Of a stretch of 64,000 nucleotides of DNA, positions 1-11,324 are shown one piece after another; position 1 is the first letter of the stretch; each line of letters opens with the position of its first letter. The position numbers and the translations under genes are program-made. The notes beneath the pieces were generated by a model. That model saw only the letters and a list, made by a program, of their open reading frames with translations, did not search any database and had not been told where the DNA came from. Source of the DNA: Octopus sinensis (taxonomy: Eukaryota); assembly GCF_006345805.1 (NCBI RefSeq), contig NC_043002.1:10664001-10728000 (forward strand), written 5' to 3'.

Positions 1-89
1 CCTTTATTTTATTTTTTTTACTTTTTGTATAAATTTTTTTTTCCTTTTCTCTCTGACCTTTCCCTTTTTTCTCTATCACATCACTTTGT

Positions 90-225
90 AACTGAACAAT
101 CTAGTCTGTTTTATTTTAATGGCCTACCAATGTGTATAGTGCATTTCTTTGTCTATGTCAGGAAGGCACTCGGCAGGAAAAGGAAACAGAATTCAAAGAA
201 GATGATAATGGCAATAATAATGATG
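90..225 (+). mobile_element. 3' UTR fragment of an RLE-type non-LTR retrotransposon with (AAT)-like tail
   Basis: Clearly similar to the reverse complement of 24363-24480 (ttaatggcctaccaatgt...cactcggca.gaa...ttcaaagaaga), which follows an RLE ORF end. Confidence 0.6.
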
Positions 226-255
226 CCAATTTGTGTAAATACACCTACAATTTAG

Positions 256-420
256 GTGTATTTCAAAAATCGGCATTATTTGGAACTGCCCGCATATTGC
301 GTAAAGTACTGTCTGTCTGAGGTCCTTGCTTTGATTTGACAGACAGTACAAACCCCGGTGGACACAATATCTTAATCAACAACATCACAATATTGGATAG
401 TGTGTGACGTCTTAAATGAT
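256..420 (+). mobile_element. 5'-truncated 3' end of RLE-type LINE (R4/Dong/NeSL-like)
   Basis: Frame reads FQKSALFGTARILRKVLSV*, matching the typical LQK..LLGTARILRKVL* C-terminus; short 3' UTR, then (GAT)(AAT)n. Confidence 0.75.
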
Positions 421-424
421 GATG

Positions 425-460
<36 letters not shown>

Positions 461-495
461 TAATAATAATAATATAATAATAATATAATAATAAT

Positions 496-526
<31 letters not shown>

Positions 527-575
527 TAACAATAATAATAATAATAACAATAACAATAATAATAATAATAATAAC

Positions 576-656
<81 letters not shown>

Positions 657-657
657 C
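421..657. repeat. (ATA)n/(ACA)n microsatellite
   Basis: Visible trinucleotide array. Confidence 0.95.
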
Positions 658-1209
658 ACTGCGTCTGTCATCATAGAGATGGGAATGTTAAGAGAAACGA
701 AAGACCGTAGGAACAATGAACCATTCTCGAAAAGAAGAAAAGAAAGCGGAAGGATTTAAGTAAGATCCAGGAAATATGGAGAAGAAATATAAGGCTTAAT
801 TAAAGTGAACAGAAGTGAAGGAATAAGACAAACCACTTGGTGGAGAGGGGTAATTCTAGGTAAATCGGTTGCGTTAGACTCAAAAGATCAAAGAGAATAA
901 TGTTAAGATCAAAAAGATTTGAGGAAAGATGCTAATAGATAACTAAAAAGAACAAAGGAAATTAGAAAGAAAATAAATCATCTTTTCTATTATAGACACA
1001 AGGCCCGAAGTTGTTGGTGAAGAAGTCTGCTGGACTGCATCACATCAGACCTAGTGACCGACTGGTGGTTATTTTATCGATTCCGAAAGGATAGAAGACA
1101 GAGTCAGCCTCGACGTGCTAATGATTGTACACCGCCTTATTATGAAGAATAACAACAACAACAACAACAACAACAGTAGTAGTAATAATAATAATGATAA
1201 TAATAATAA

Positions 1210-1740
1210 TCCTTTCTAGTATAGGCACAAGGCCTGAAATATTTGTGGGAGAAGATGAGTCGATTACAATCGACCTAATTTTATCGACCCCGAAAGGATG
1301 AAAGGCAAAGTCGACCTAGGCGGAATTTGAACTCAGAACGTAGCGACCCGCGAAATACCTATTTCTTTACTACCCACAAGGGGCTAAAAACAGAGAGGAC
1401 AAACAAGGACAGACAAACGGATTAAGTCGATTATATCGACTCCAGTACGAAACTGGTACTTAATTTATTGACCCTGAAAGGATGAAAGGCAAAGTCGACC
1501 TCGGCAGAATTTGAACTCAGAACGTGGCGGCAGATGAAATACCTATTTCTATACTACCCACAAGGGGTTAAAGACAGACAGGACAAACAAGGACAGACAA
1601 ACGGATTAAGTCGATTATATCGACCCCAGTGCGTAACTGGTACTTATTTAATCGACCCGGAAAGGATGAAAGGCAGAGTCGACCTCGGCAGAATTTGAAC
1701 TCCGAACGTAGCGGCAGACGAAATACCGCTAAGCATTTCG
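1210..1740 (-). mobile_element. SINE-B stack: partial head + two T1 modules + terminal T2 module
   Basis: Three ~180-bp repeats with B-box GAGTTCAAATTCC and core gcctttcatcctttcggggtcgat on the minus strand. Confidence 0.9.
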
Positions 1741-1918
1741 ACGACAGAGATGTGGGCCTCCAGATACACGAAGGTCTGGAGGGATAATCGAGGAACCCCA
1801 CCGTCCGAGATTTCCTTGAAAGCCTAGGAGCAAGGGCCCTCTCTAATCCCTTCTCTCCGACTCACAGGTCTACACTTAGAGAGGTACCATCCACTCTTGC
1901 CATTTTCGCAACTTTCAG
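1741..1918 (-). mobile_element. 3' fragment of a Tx1-like LINE (ORF2 end plus start of UTR)
   Basis: Minus frame VAKMARVDGTSLSVDL* resembles VARMARMNDEATLSIIL* ending the Tx1-like ORF at 39256. Confidence 0.55.
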
Positions 1919-1929
1919 TAATAATAATG

Positions 1930-2120
1930 ACTTCAAATTTTGGCACAAGGTCTGCCAGTTCGCAGGAAATGGGTAAGTTGATTACAGTGACCACAACGTT
2001 TAACTGGTACTTATTTTATTGATCCCAAAGTGTTGAAAGGCAATGTCGACCTCGGCCGGATTTGAACTTCAGACCGTAACGACGGAAGAAAGTGTGCTAA
2101 GCAGAATTTTTGCCAATAAT
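1930..2120 (-). mobile_element. SINE-B monomer, T2 tail, diverged
   Basis: Core, B-box and tail ggccttgtgcc recognisable. Confidence 0.75.
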
Positions 2121-2156
2121 AACTTCAACAACAACTACAACAATAATAATAATAAT

Positions 2157-2375
2157 AATCCTTTTTACTGGAAGCACAAGTCCTCAAATTTGGGGGAAGG
2201 GATTAATTCGATTACATCGACCCCAGTCTGTAACTGGTATTTATTTTATCAACTCCGAAAAGATAAAAAGCAAATTTGATCTCGGCGGGATTTGAACTCA
2301 GAACGTAGTGACAGACGAAATAATGCCAAGCATTTCACTCGGCGTGCTAAACGATTTTACCAGCTTGCTGCCTTA
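2157..2375 (-). mobile_element. SINE-B monomer, T2 tail
   Basis: Head, B-box, core and T2 tail present. Confidence 0.8.
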
Positions 2376-2397
2376 TTACTAATAATTTAAATTTTTT

Positions 2398-2705
2398 TTA
2401 TGCGCCCTTTTCAAGCCCAGCCAGGTTCATGGGCCCGGTTTTCCGGTTTCTGTGGCGTATGTGTTTTCTCCTAGCTGAACGGGACGCCAGTCCATCGCAG
2501 CGTTATTCAAAAAACAAGATGAGAGAGTGAGAGAAAGTTGGGGCTAAAGAGTACAACGGGGGTCGCCACCACCCCTTGGTAGAGCATCGTGTAGCTTTTA
2601 GGTGTTTTCGTTCAATAAACACACACAACACCTGGTATGGGAATCGAAATCGCGATCCTCCGACCGCGAGTCCACTGCCCTAACCACCGAGCCATTGCGC
2701 CTCCA
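2398..2705 (-). mobile_element. SINE-A, tail A2
   Basis: tRNA-like head tggaggcgcaatggc...; tail gcgatggactggcgtcccgt...aaaagggcgcataaa. Confidence 0.85.
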
Positions 2706-3099
2706 CATTATTAATAATAACGTCAACATTATCAACAACAACGACAATAACAATAACATCAACAACAACAACAACAACAACAAGAATAATGATAATAATA
2801 ATGGAACATTTATCTGTGGAGTTAGCAAATCGATTTTGTTTGCTATTATGAATTTGTTCGCTGATGTTCATCGACAAATAGGAACGTCAGTGGTGGCGAT
2901 GGTCGCGGCTGTGGTTGGGATAGGCGGTGTCTGGGGAGCTCACGGAATGTTAATAGGGTATGCCGGAGGAGATAGCATGACAAGGGGTATTATCTGCAAT
3001 TATAGATATGATGCATTACATGGAGATAAGGATTATATGATTATGTACAGTATTCCATTCACCATATTATAGAAAACGAGAGAAAAGAAAATCTCACTG

Positions 3100-3133
3100 C
3101 ATATACACACATATATACATACATACATACATA

Positions 3134-3205
<72 letters not shown>

Positions 3206-3277
3206 TCATATATATATATATATATATATTCGTATATACATACATATATATATACATATATGTGTGTGTGTGTGAGA

Positions 3278-3318
<41 letters not shown>

Positions 3319-3334
3319 TGTGTGTGTGTGTGAG

Positions 3335-3368
<34 letters not shown>

Positions 3369-3415
3369 TGTGTGTGTGGTGTGTGTGTGTGTGTGAGTAT
3401 ATATATATATATACA
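3100..3415. repeat. Compound (TA)n/(TG)n microsatellite
   Basis: Repeated (TA)n-CATA-(TG)n-AG blocks. Confidence 0.95.
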
Positions 3416-3599
3416 CGCAATAATGTTTGTTTTTATGTTAAGTTATAAGGAAAATAATTTTCCGTTAAACTGAAGGATTACTCAATACGCTTTGTGGAGT
3501 AGAAATTGAGTACTTGTTAACGAGAATAGAATTGACAGTGACTTCGAAGCTTCGGCTTGCTAATCCATCACTGGACTATCCGATGGTTGATCAGTAGGC

Positions 3600-3905
3600 C
3601 CAAAATACCATTTTCAGAAAAGATACTTATTAATTTCAAAGTATAAACATTTAATCTTCCTCAAAATAGGATCTTTTGATTTCATTTCATTGTTGGAGCG
3701 CTCCAGCCACTCCTGGAAAGGCCTCATGGCACTCTTCCATAGCTAACTTTTTCATAAACCTCCATAATATCATCCTCTTCCAAACGACTGTCCTCTGAGG
3801 TTCTCCTTCAGCTTGGAAAACCGAAAATCTCGGAGAGCAAGGTCTTGACTGTAGGGAGGGCGAGAGACAATTTTGAAACCCATTTCCTTCAAGTAGTTAG
3901 GTACC
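3600..3905 (-). pseudogene. Decayed mariner transposase, C-terminal part
   Basis: Minus strand gives SRPPYSQDLALRDF..SKLKENLRGQSF and EAFQEWLER with frameshifts, matching mariner PPYSPDLAPSDF.LF..LK..LRG..F. Confidence 0.75.
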
Positions 3906-3912
3906 AAGAGCG

Positions 3913-4296
3913 TGGAGGCGCAATGGCCCAGTGGTTAGGGCAGCGGACTCGCGGTCATAGGATCGCGGTTTCGATTCCCAGACCGGGCGTTGTGAGTGTT
4001 TATTGAGCGAAAACACCTAAAGCTCCACGAGGCTCCGGCAGGGGATGGTGGTGATCCCTGCTGTACTCTTTCACCACAACTTTCTCTCACTCTTACTTTC
4101 TGTTTCTGTTGTACCTGTATTTCAAAGGGCCAGCTTTGTCACGCTCTGTGTCACGCTGAATATCTCCGAGAACTACGTTAAGGGTGCACGTGTCTGTGGA
4201 GTGCTCAGCCACTTACACGTTAATTTCACGAGCAGGCTGTTCCGTTGATTCGGATCAACCGGAACCCTCATCGTCGTAACCGACGGAGTGCTTCCA
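3913..4296 (+). mobile_element. SINE-A, tail A1, full length
   Basis: A-box TGGCCCAGTGG, B-box GGTTTCGATTCC, tail ends gtcgtaaccgacggagtgc; possible TSD taccaaga. Confidence 0.9.
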
Positions 4297-4415
4297 AAAG
4301 TTACCAAGATGAAATTGAGACAAGAAGTGTTTAGTGGTGTGTGTTTAAAGTGATGTTAAAGACGTCTCGTTCAGTCTTGAATAAAAATTTAGCAGGTCAG
4401 CTTATTAGAAGTATA

Positions 4416-4797
4416 GGAGCACTCCGTCGGTTGCGACGATGAGGGTCCCAGCTGATACGATCAACGGAAAAGCTTGCTCGTGATATTAACGTGCAAGTGG
4501 CTGAGCACTCAACAGACACGTGCACCCTTAACGTAGTTTTCGGGGATATTCAGCGTGACACAGAGAGTGACAAGGCTGGCCCTTTGAAATACAGGTACAA
4601 GAGAAACAGGAAGAAAGAGCGAGAGAAAGTTGTGGTGAAAGAGTACAGCAGGGTTCACCACCATCCCCTGCCGGAGCCTCGTGGAGCTTTAGGTGTTTTC
4701 GCTCAATAAACACTCACAATGCCCGGTCTGGGGATCGAAACCGCGATCCTCCGACCGCGAGTCCGCTGCCCTAACCACTGGGCCATTGCGCCTCCAC
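4416..4797 (-). mobile_element. SINE-A, tail A1, full length, inverted relative to 3913-4296
   Basis: Reverse complement aligns end to end with the previous copy. Confidence 0.9.
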
Positions 4798-5039
4798 CCT
4801 TATTTGATGTATACAAATGATAAACTAAAGTTACAATAGTCTAGAACAGCTATAATTGCATCTCCTAAAAATGTCTCAAGCCATTTGGAACGGAACACGT
4901 ATATATCCTAATAGATATATTTACGGAAGCACTTGACTGCATCCCGTCATATGACTTTAACTATGCCGGGGCTCTACCTTGTAAGGTCAGTCGAACAAAT
5001 CGCCCCTGGTACGTATATATATTCGCCAAGATAGATCGC

Positions 5040-5202
5040 TAGCCACTAAAACTTTTTCTATTTTCTCTCCCTGTTTATTTCTGTGTGCCTTTCTGGCGAA
5101 GAGCGTAGGCTCGAATCATAAAAGACTTTCTCACTTCCCGAGCGTTAAACTAATACATCTGTTTGTTGTTTACACACCCGTCTTTTGCTCTTTTGTAAAT
5201 TC

Positions 5203-5210
<8 letters not shown>
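5040..5210 (+). mobile_element. Short (TA)n-abutting element with degenerate hammerhead motif (Penelope-like pLTR type)
   Basis: CTGGCGA-A-GAGC-GTAG-GCTC-GAAT at 5093-5116; layout parallels 5640-5835. Confidence 0.5.
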
Positions 5211-5249
<39 letters not shown>

Positions 5250-5483
5250 TATATATATAATATATTTTTCGTTGTGCTTATTGTCCTGTATCTCTCTTTT
5301 TTTGCTTGTCTTGTTCCTTGGTTTGTGTCTATGTTTTTCGTCTCTCTATGTGTTCGACGTCTTTTTGGTGTCCTGTACACATATATGCGTGTATATGTAC
5401 ATGTAGAGGTAGGTACGTACATATATGTTTATATATATATGCATGTGTTCTATTTTATTAACATATATATATATTATATATAC

Positions 5484-5560
<77 letters not shown>

Positions 5561-5639
5561 ATCTATATTTGTATGTATATACTTACTTGGGAATGGATGC
5601 GTGGCGTTCAATTAAATAAACGAACTATATATATATATA

Positions 5640-5835
5640 TAAAGTTAATCCAAACAAGAAAACAAAAAAGACAACAACGCAAAGAGGTGGAACAATTAAG
5701 GTATTATTAGGCGCTCAGGAAAAAAGGGAAGAAGAAGGGTATGACGTTTCGAGCGGAGCTCTTCGTCGGAAACATAAGAGAAAGAAAGATCCCGAGGTGG
5801 GAGGACAGAGGGAAAAAAAAACGTGAGTGGTCTTC
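5640..5835 (-). mobile_element. Short (TA)n-embedded element with near-intact minimal type I hammerhead motif
   Basis: Minus strand 5769-5742 reads CCGACGA-A-GAGC-TCC-GCTC-GAA-ACGT-C-A; flanked by (TA)n on both sides. Confidence 0.6.
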
Positions 5836-5843
5836 ACGAGGTA

Positions 5844-5895
<52 letters not shown>

Positions 5896-6084
5896 TATAT
5901 ATATATATATGTATGTATATATATATGGCTACACGACGTCACCAACGGTGCAGGTAACAAACACACGAGAGCTAGACACAACACGTGGAGAGTAATCACA
6001 GGAAAAAAGAGTGAAATACGTAAACAACGTGAAAAAATGGAAAACAGGACAAGTTAACACTGTTACCACTTCATCAGTTTTCGG

Positions 6085-6680
6085 CTGTCTATATGAGGAG
6101 TAGAAAGACAGTGGACAACTTATTCTTTGTAAGCCTAGTACTTATTATGTCGGTCTCTTTGGCCGCACCGCTAGGTACGGGGAGGTAAACACACCAGTAT
6201 CGGTTGTCAAGTGGTGTTGTGTGTGTGTGTGTGGAAGGTAACCAACACAGACACACAAACACACACACACATATATATTTATATACATAAGACGGACTTC
6301 TTTAAGTTTCCTTCTACCAAATTCACTCACAAGGCTTTGGCCGCCTGGAGGCCATAGTAGAAGACACTTGTCACGCAGTGGAACTGAACCCAGAACCATG
6401 TGGTTGGTAGGCAAGCTACCTACCAAACAGCCACTCCTGCGCCTATGCACAACCACTCCTATACACACACAACACACACACACATATATATTTATATACA
6501 TAAGACGGGCTTCTTTAAGTTTCCTTCTACCAAATTCACTCACAAGGCTTTGGCCGCCTGGAGGCCATAGTAGAAGACACTTGTCACGCAGTGGAACTGA
6601 ACCCAGAACCATGTGGTTGGTAGGCAAGCTACCTACCAAACAGCCACTCCTGCGCCTATGCACAACCACTCCTATACACA
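6085..6680 (-). mobile_element. SINE-C with its 5' half tandemly duplicated (~213 bp period)
   Basis: Two near-identical head halves sharing the same deletion in the CORE-like segment, bounded by (CA)n. Confidence 0.85.
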
Positions 6681-6789
6681 CACACACACACACACACCCT
6701 TTGATACTTTGATGGGTTCGGCCAGCATTGGCCCAGGCCATGTCTAACTTAATAGCACCACCTGGTGTAGTCGTTCAAATCAGGATCCA

Positions 6790-7180
6790 GACGCCATGGC
6801 TGACTTAATTAGAGGGTCATTGTTTACGAAGGCATATCTGGGTTTAAGAGTTTACGAGATTTACCCGGAATTTCTTGGAGGAATTTGTCCAATCACTTGT
6901 TGAACTTTACGGGGTCTGTTTTTGTTTTAATGTGTTTTGCTGTAATACGAAAGAGAACGGGGCCAATAGAGGTTAAACAATTGGGCTGTATTGTTGCTAT
7001 GAGATGCGAGTGTGAATTATGTTGTTAGCCCAAGCCTTACGTGTACCTTAAAGGTGATGCCAAAATCATTTGAGAACTGCTGATGGAATATTTTCCACGT
7101 CATGCAGATGATATAACGCGCACGGCGACGTTGAAGAGAATAAATCTTGCGAATTTCTAGTCAACCCCAATAGCTAAGGC
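6790..7180 (-). pseudogene. Decayed 3' part of CR1-group LINE ORF2
   Basis: Minus frame IYSLQRRRARYIICMTWKIF ... KFNK*LDKFLQEIP, typical post-RT CR1-like C-terminus. Confidence 0.75.
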
Positions 7181-7332
7181 TTGTCATACCTTCTATCTTT
7201 TTTTGTAATTGACTTTTGGACTGCTTCAACTTGCAACTACACACAAACACACACACATACACACGCGCGCGCGCACACACACCATGTATATATACATTAC
7301 CAGTCACGTTTAGTGATACTTATAGCTCTTAT

Positions 7333-7649
7333 TGGAGGCGCAATGGCCCAGTGGTTAGGGCAGCGGACTCGCGGACGGAGGATCGCGGCTTCGATTCCCA
7401 GACCGGGCATTGTGTGTGTTTATTGAGCGAAAACACCTAAAGCTCCACGAGGCTGCACAGGGGGTAGTGGCGACCCCTGTTGTACTCTTTCGCCCCAACT
7501 TTCTCTCACTCTCTCTTCCTGTTTCTTGAGTAACGCTGCGATGGACTGGCGTCGCGTCCAGCTGGGGGGAGCACATATGCCATAGAAACCGGGAAACCGG
7601 GCCCATGAGCCTGGCTAGGCTTGAAAAGGGCGCATAAATAAATAAAAGT
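7333..7649 (+). mobile_element. SINE-A, tail A2, with TSD
   Basis: tagctcttattgg repeated at both ends; A-rich tail. Confidence 0.9.
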
Positions 7650-7720
7650 AGCTCTTATTGGTGAAACATTGCTACCTGCTGCCTATATTAATTTTGTGCG
7701 CGCGCGTGTGTGAGTGTGTG

Positions 7721-7755
<35 letters not shown>

Positions 7756-7879
7756 CTGTGTACATAAGTATACGTTCGTGAGTGTATGTATTCGGGTTTG
7801 TGATGTCTTCTATCCTACTTACAGTCTCAATAATATTGTTTTGTTTATGCATGTATATATTTTATCTGTTCTGTCTTTT

Positions 7880-8071
7880 ACTTGTTTTAGTCATTACACT
7901 GAGGCCATGCTGTGGCACTGCCTTGAAGAATTTCTATTATAGTCGAATCAATCAACCCCAGTACTTATATTTTTAAGCCTGGTACTAATTCTATCAGTCT
8001 CTTTTGCTGAAGTACCAAATTACGGGAGCGTAGTGGAGGACAAACACAGACACAAAGACACACCTATACAC

Positions 8072-8075
<4 letters not shown>
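7880..8075 (-). mobile_element. SINE-C 3' half, diverged
   Basis: ttttacttgttttagtcatt...ggccatgctg...caaacacagacac. Confidence 0.7.
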
Positions 8076-8149
<74 letters not shown>

Positions 8150-8156
<7 letters not shown>

Positions 8157-8540
8157 AAACAAGTGACGATAGAAAATGCTAAAATAATTTTATAAAGAAC
8201 ATTTCAGTACCGGTTTCAGTCATTTGAGACCTTTTCAACTGTAACGATTAAATAATTAAATTTAGAAAGATTAAAAGAAAAGTTTTTTTAAAAGAATATT
8301 TGTATAGTGTTCAAATATAAGTGGCATTTTCCTTGTTTCTGCCTTTCTCTGTCTCTCTTGCCACTTATATTTGAACACTATACAAATATTCCTTTAAAAA
8401 AATTTTCTTTTAATTTTTCTAAATTTAATTATTTAATCGTTACAGTTGAAAAGGTCTCAAAATGACTGAAACCGGTACTGAAATGTTCTTTATAAAATTA
8501 TTTTAGCATTTTCTATCTTGACTTGTTTTTTCATATATAT
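8150..8540. repeat. Fold-back palindrome (~175-bp arms) next to (TA)n, with degenerate hammerhead in each arm
   Basis: Arm atgaaaaaacaag...ataagtggca mirrors tgccacttat...cttgttttttcat; ~30-bp pyrimidine spacer. Confidence 0.9.
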
Positions 8541-8568
8541 CAACTCGTGTGTTCCTTTTCATCCTTAT

Positions 8569-8665
<97 letters not shown>

Positions 8666-8734
8666 TGTAGGTGTGTGTATGTATGTGTGTGTGTATTAAC
8701 TTTTTGAGTGAGTTATAAACAGAAGCTGCACGAC

Positions 8735-8995
8735 AGCGTGAAGTATATTTACCCGCCTAAATGTAGCTAACCCTTAGGGGGGCGATGCTACTGTAGCTTG
8801 TAGCCCCAGGAAGACATCTCCTCCAGCTGGCTATTGACACATTATCTGTGCCCTATCAGTATTTGCAAAGGGAAGTCATCGTTCAGATAGTGTATCAAAA
8901 GCCAGCTGGAGGAGATGTCTTCCAGGGGCTACAAGCTACAGTAGCATCGACCTTTAAGGGTTAGCTAATTGTAGGTGGCAAATATTCCTCACGAT
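8735..8995. mobile_element. MITE-like element with ~110-bp imperfect TIRs
   Basis: tagctaacccttag...ccagctggct mirrored by agccagctgg...taagggttagcta. Confidence 0.75.
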
Positions 8996-9169
8996 ATATA
9001 TATATATATAACGTTAATTTAAATATCGATCTTATCAAGTGGCCAGCATGGGAATAAAAAACCTACAAAGGTAATAATTATTATTAAAATAATAATTTAG
9101 GGTATCTAAGATATACCACCTCGCTGATGAATATGGTACTTACGTTGAGGCACCATATATATATATATA

Positions 9170-9330
9170 TACACCGTAGGCTTCTTTCAGTTTCTATCTA
9201 ATGAATCTACTCATAGGGCTTTGGTCTGCCATGGGTTATAGTAGAGACACTTGCCTAAACAGTAATGCGATGAGACAGAACCCGGAACCATGTGGTTGGA
9301 AAGCAAATTTCTTACCGCACAGCCACACAT
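9170..9330 (-). mobile_element. SINE-C 5' half, diverged
   Basis: acacttgcctaa...gaacccggaaccatgtggtt...cacagccac. Confidence 0.75.
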
Positions 9331-9380
9331 ACGTCTATATATTTGCGTTTTAGGCAATGCAAATCAATGTATCAGCTTAC

Positions 9381-9512
9381 CTCATTTTATGTCCATGCGT
9401 AAATTAGTGATAAATAGATAAATACAGATTGATGGCATAAATACCGAACGAAAATAACTTCGTGAATCGATAGGATCGAACTGAAAAACCGTAGCAGTTG
9501 TACATCATTTTT
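9381..9512 (-). other. Candidate spliced exon (no full-length open frame)
   Basis: Acceptor tttcgtatttttattggttgcag| and donor GAG|gtaagc; 132 nt; stop in all three frames. Confidence 0.25.
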
Positions 9513-9917
9513 CTGCAACCAATAAAAATACGAAATGCGCATTATGTACGTGTGTGAGTTGGTTGATGTGTGCGTGTGTACTTGTAATTTGCATTGCTGT
9601 TTGTTTATAAACGCATATCATTTGTACAATCGCTCACTCGTCAATATACGAAGAGCTCCATATCAGCGTGCGCGTGCATAATTCTTGTCAGTGCGTTTTT
9701 CTGTGTGCAAGATCGTATTTATGTATGTCTTAGATTGTTTACATAAAAGCAAGGAAGAAATCGATTTCGATCCAATTCGATTAACGTTTAGGACAAAAAT
9801 ATTTTTCTCCAAGATATCTGATATTGATTTTGTTAGCAAAGGAAACTATATGTTTATTTGTTTTTTTACTTATTTTTTTAATTATTTATTTTGCTTCAGT
9901 TGCTCGGGTATGATTAC

Positions 9918-10059
9918 CTGAGCAACTACATGAACGGGTGTTAATGTAGGGGTGTACGGCTGGGTGGTCGTGGGTGGAGATAGAAACTGCAGTTTATTTT
10001 GGAGGCTGTGACATGATAGTAATGCTCGCGTTTGTTGATGCAGCTTTTTTTCATTATTA
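9918..10059 (-). other. Candidate spliced exon
   Basis: Acceptor actcttatcttgcag| and donor CAG|gtaatc; one open frame NNEKKLHQQ...VHVVAQ; no recognisable homology. Confidence 0.25.
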
Positions 10060-10134
10060 CTGCAAGATAAGAGTTCAGTTAGTGTGAGTGCATGCATGTA
10101 AGTGTGAGAAAATTTAAACACATACATATATGTG

Positions 10135-10425
10135 TGATGGGGGTACATGGGCGAGTGGTTAGAGTAGCGGACTCGCGGTCGAGGAATTGTGGATTCGAAT
10201 CACAGAACGGGCGATGTGTGTGTTTATGAGCGAAACACCTAAGCTCCACGCGGCTCCGGCAGAAGGTAATGGCGAATTTCTGCTGACTCTTTCGCCACAA
10301 CTTTCTCTCACTCTTTCCTCCTGCATCTTGCAGCTCACCTGCGACGGACTGGCATACCGCCCAGGTGGGGAATCTATACGGGAAACCGGCCCTTCTGAGC
10401 CAGGTATGGCTCGAGAAGGACCCAA
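10135..10425 (+). mobile_element. SINE-A, tail A3
   Basis: tRNA head; tail gcatcttgcagctcacctgcgacggactgg...gagaagga. Confidence 0.85.
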
Positions 10426-10734
10426 CAATAACTGCACACACACACACACACGTGTGTGTGTGTGTGTGTGTGTGTATATGCGTGTGTGCAATCATACATG
10501 TACGCATAAATATATGTGTTATACTTTTAATGATCAAAAAGTTACAAAAGTATTTCATGGGTCGAGTGCTTCGTTCATGCCATTTATTAAGTAGTACGTA
10601 TGAAAATCTCGGTCTCTGATATTCATTTTTAACTGTCTGTCCATTAAAAGCAATTAAAACGATAATATATTCATGTATTTGAAATCTGGGAACCCTATAT
10701 GCGTGTGTGAATGAGTGTGGGTCTATATAACATA

Positions 10735-11295
10735 ATCCTTTCTACTGAAGGCACAAGGCCTTGAAATTTCGGTACTAGTCTGTTACATCAACTCCAGTGT
10801 CTCACTGGTACTTCATTTGTCGACCCCGGAAAGATGAAAGGCAAAGTCGACCTCGGCGGAATTTGAACTCAGAATGTAACGACGGGCGAAATACCTATTT
10901 CTTTACTACCCACAAAGGGCTAAACACAGCGAGGACAAACAAGGACAGACAAACGGATTAAGTCGATTATATCGACCTCAGAGCGTAACTAGTACTTATT
11001 TATCGACCCCGAAAGGATGAAAGTCAAAGTCGACCTCGGCGGAATTTGAACTCAGAAGACATAGCGGCAGACGAAATACCTATTTTTTTAGTACTCACAA
11101 GGGGCTAAACACCGAGGGGACAAACAAGGACAGACAAAGGGATTAAGTCGATTACATCGACTCCAGTGCGTAACTAGTACTTAATTTATCGACCCCGAAA
11201 GGATGAAAGGTAAAGTCGACCTCGGCGGAATTTGAACTCGGAACGTAATGACAGACGAAATACCGCTAACAATTCTGCAGCTCGCCGCCTTATAA
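10735..11295 (-). mobile_element. SINE-B stack: short head + T1 + T1 + T2 modules
   Basis: Three tandem modules joined at gaaata|ggtat. Confidence 0.9.
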
Positions 11296-11324
11296 TAACC
11301 TTTGTTTTTCTGTCGAGATACAAT

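Noticed and set aside
306-349. pre-miRNA
   Set aside because: Hairpin is only about 44 nt and is part of a LINE 3' end.
2602-3072. 156-aa plus ORF with hydrophobic C-terminal half; possible 50-nt minus exon within it
   Set aside because: The N-terminal half is SINE plus (AAC)n, the rest has no recognisable family, and the splice reading is ambiguous.
3913-3985. tRNA genes at SINE heads (also SINE-B and SINE-C heads)
   Set aside because: A and B boxes are present, but heads run into SINE bodies, recur as diverged copies, and a clean cloverleaf could not be drawn.
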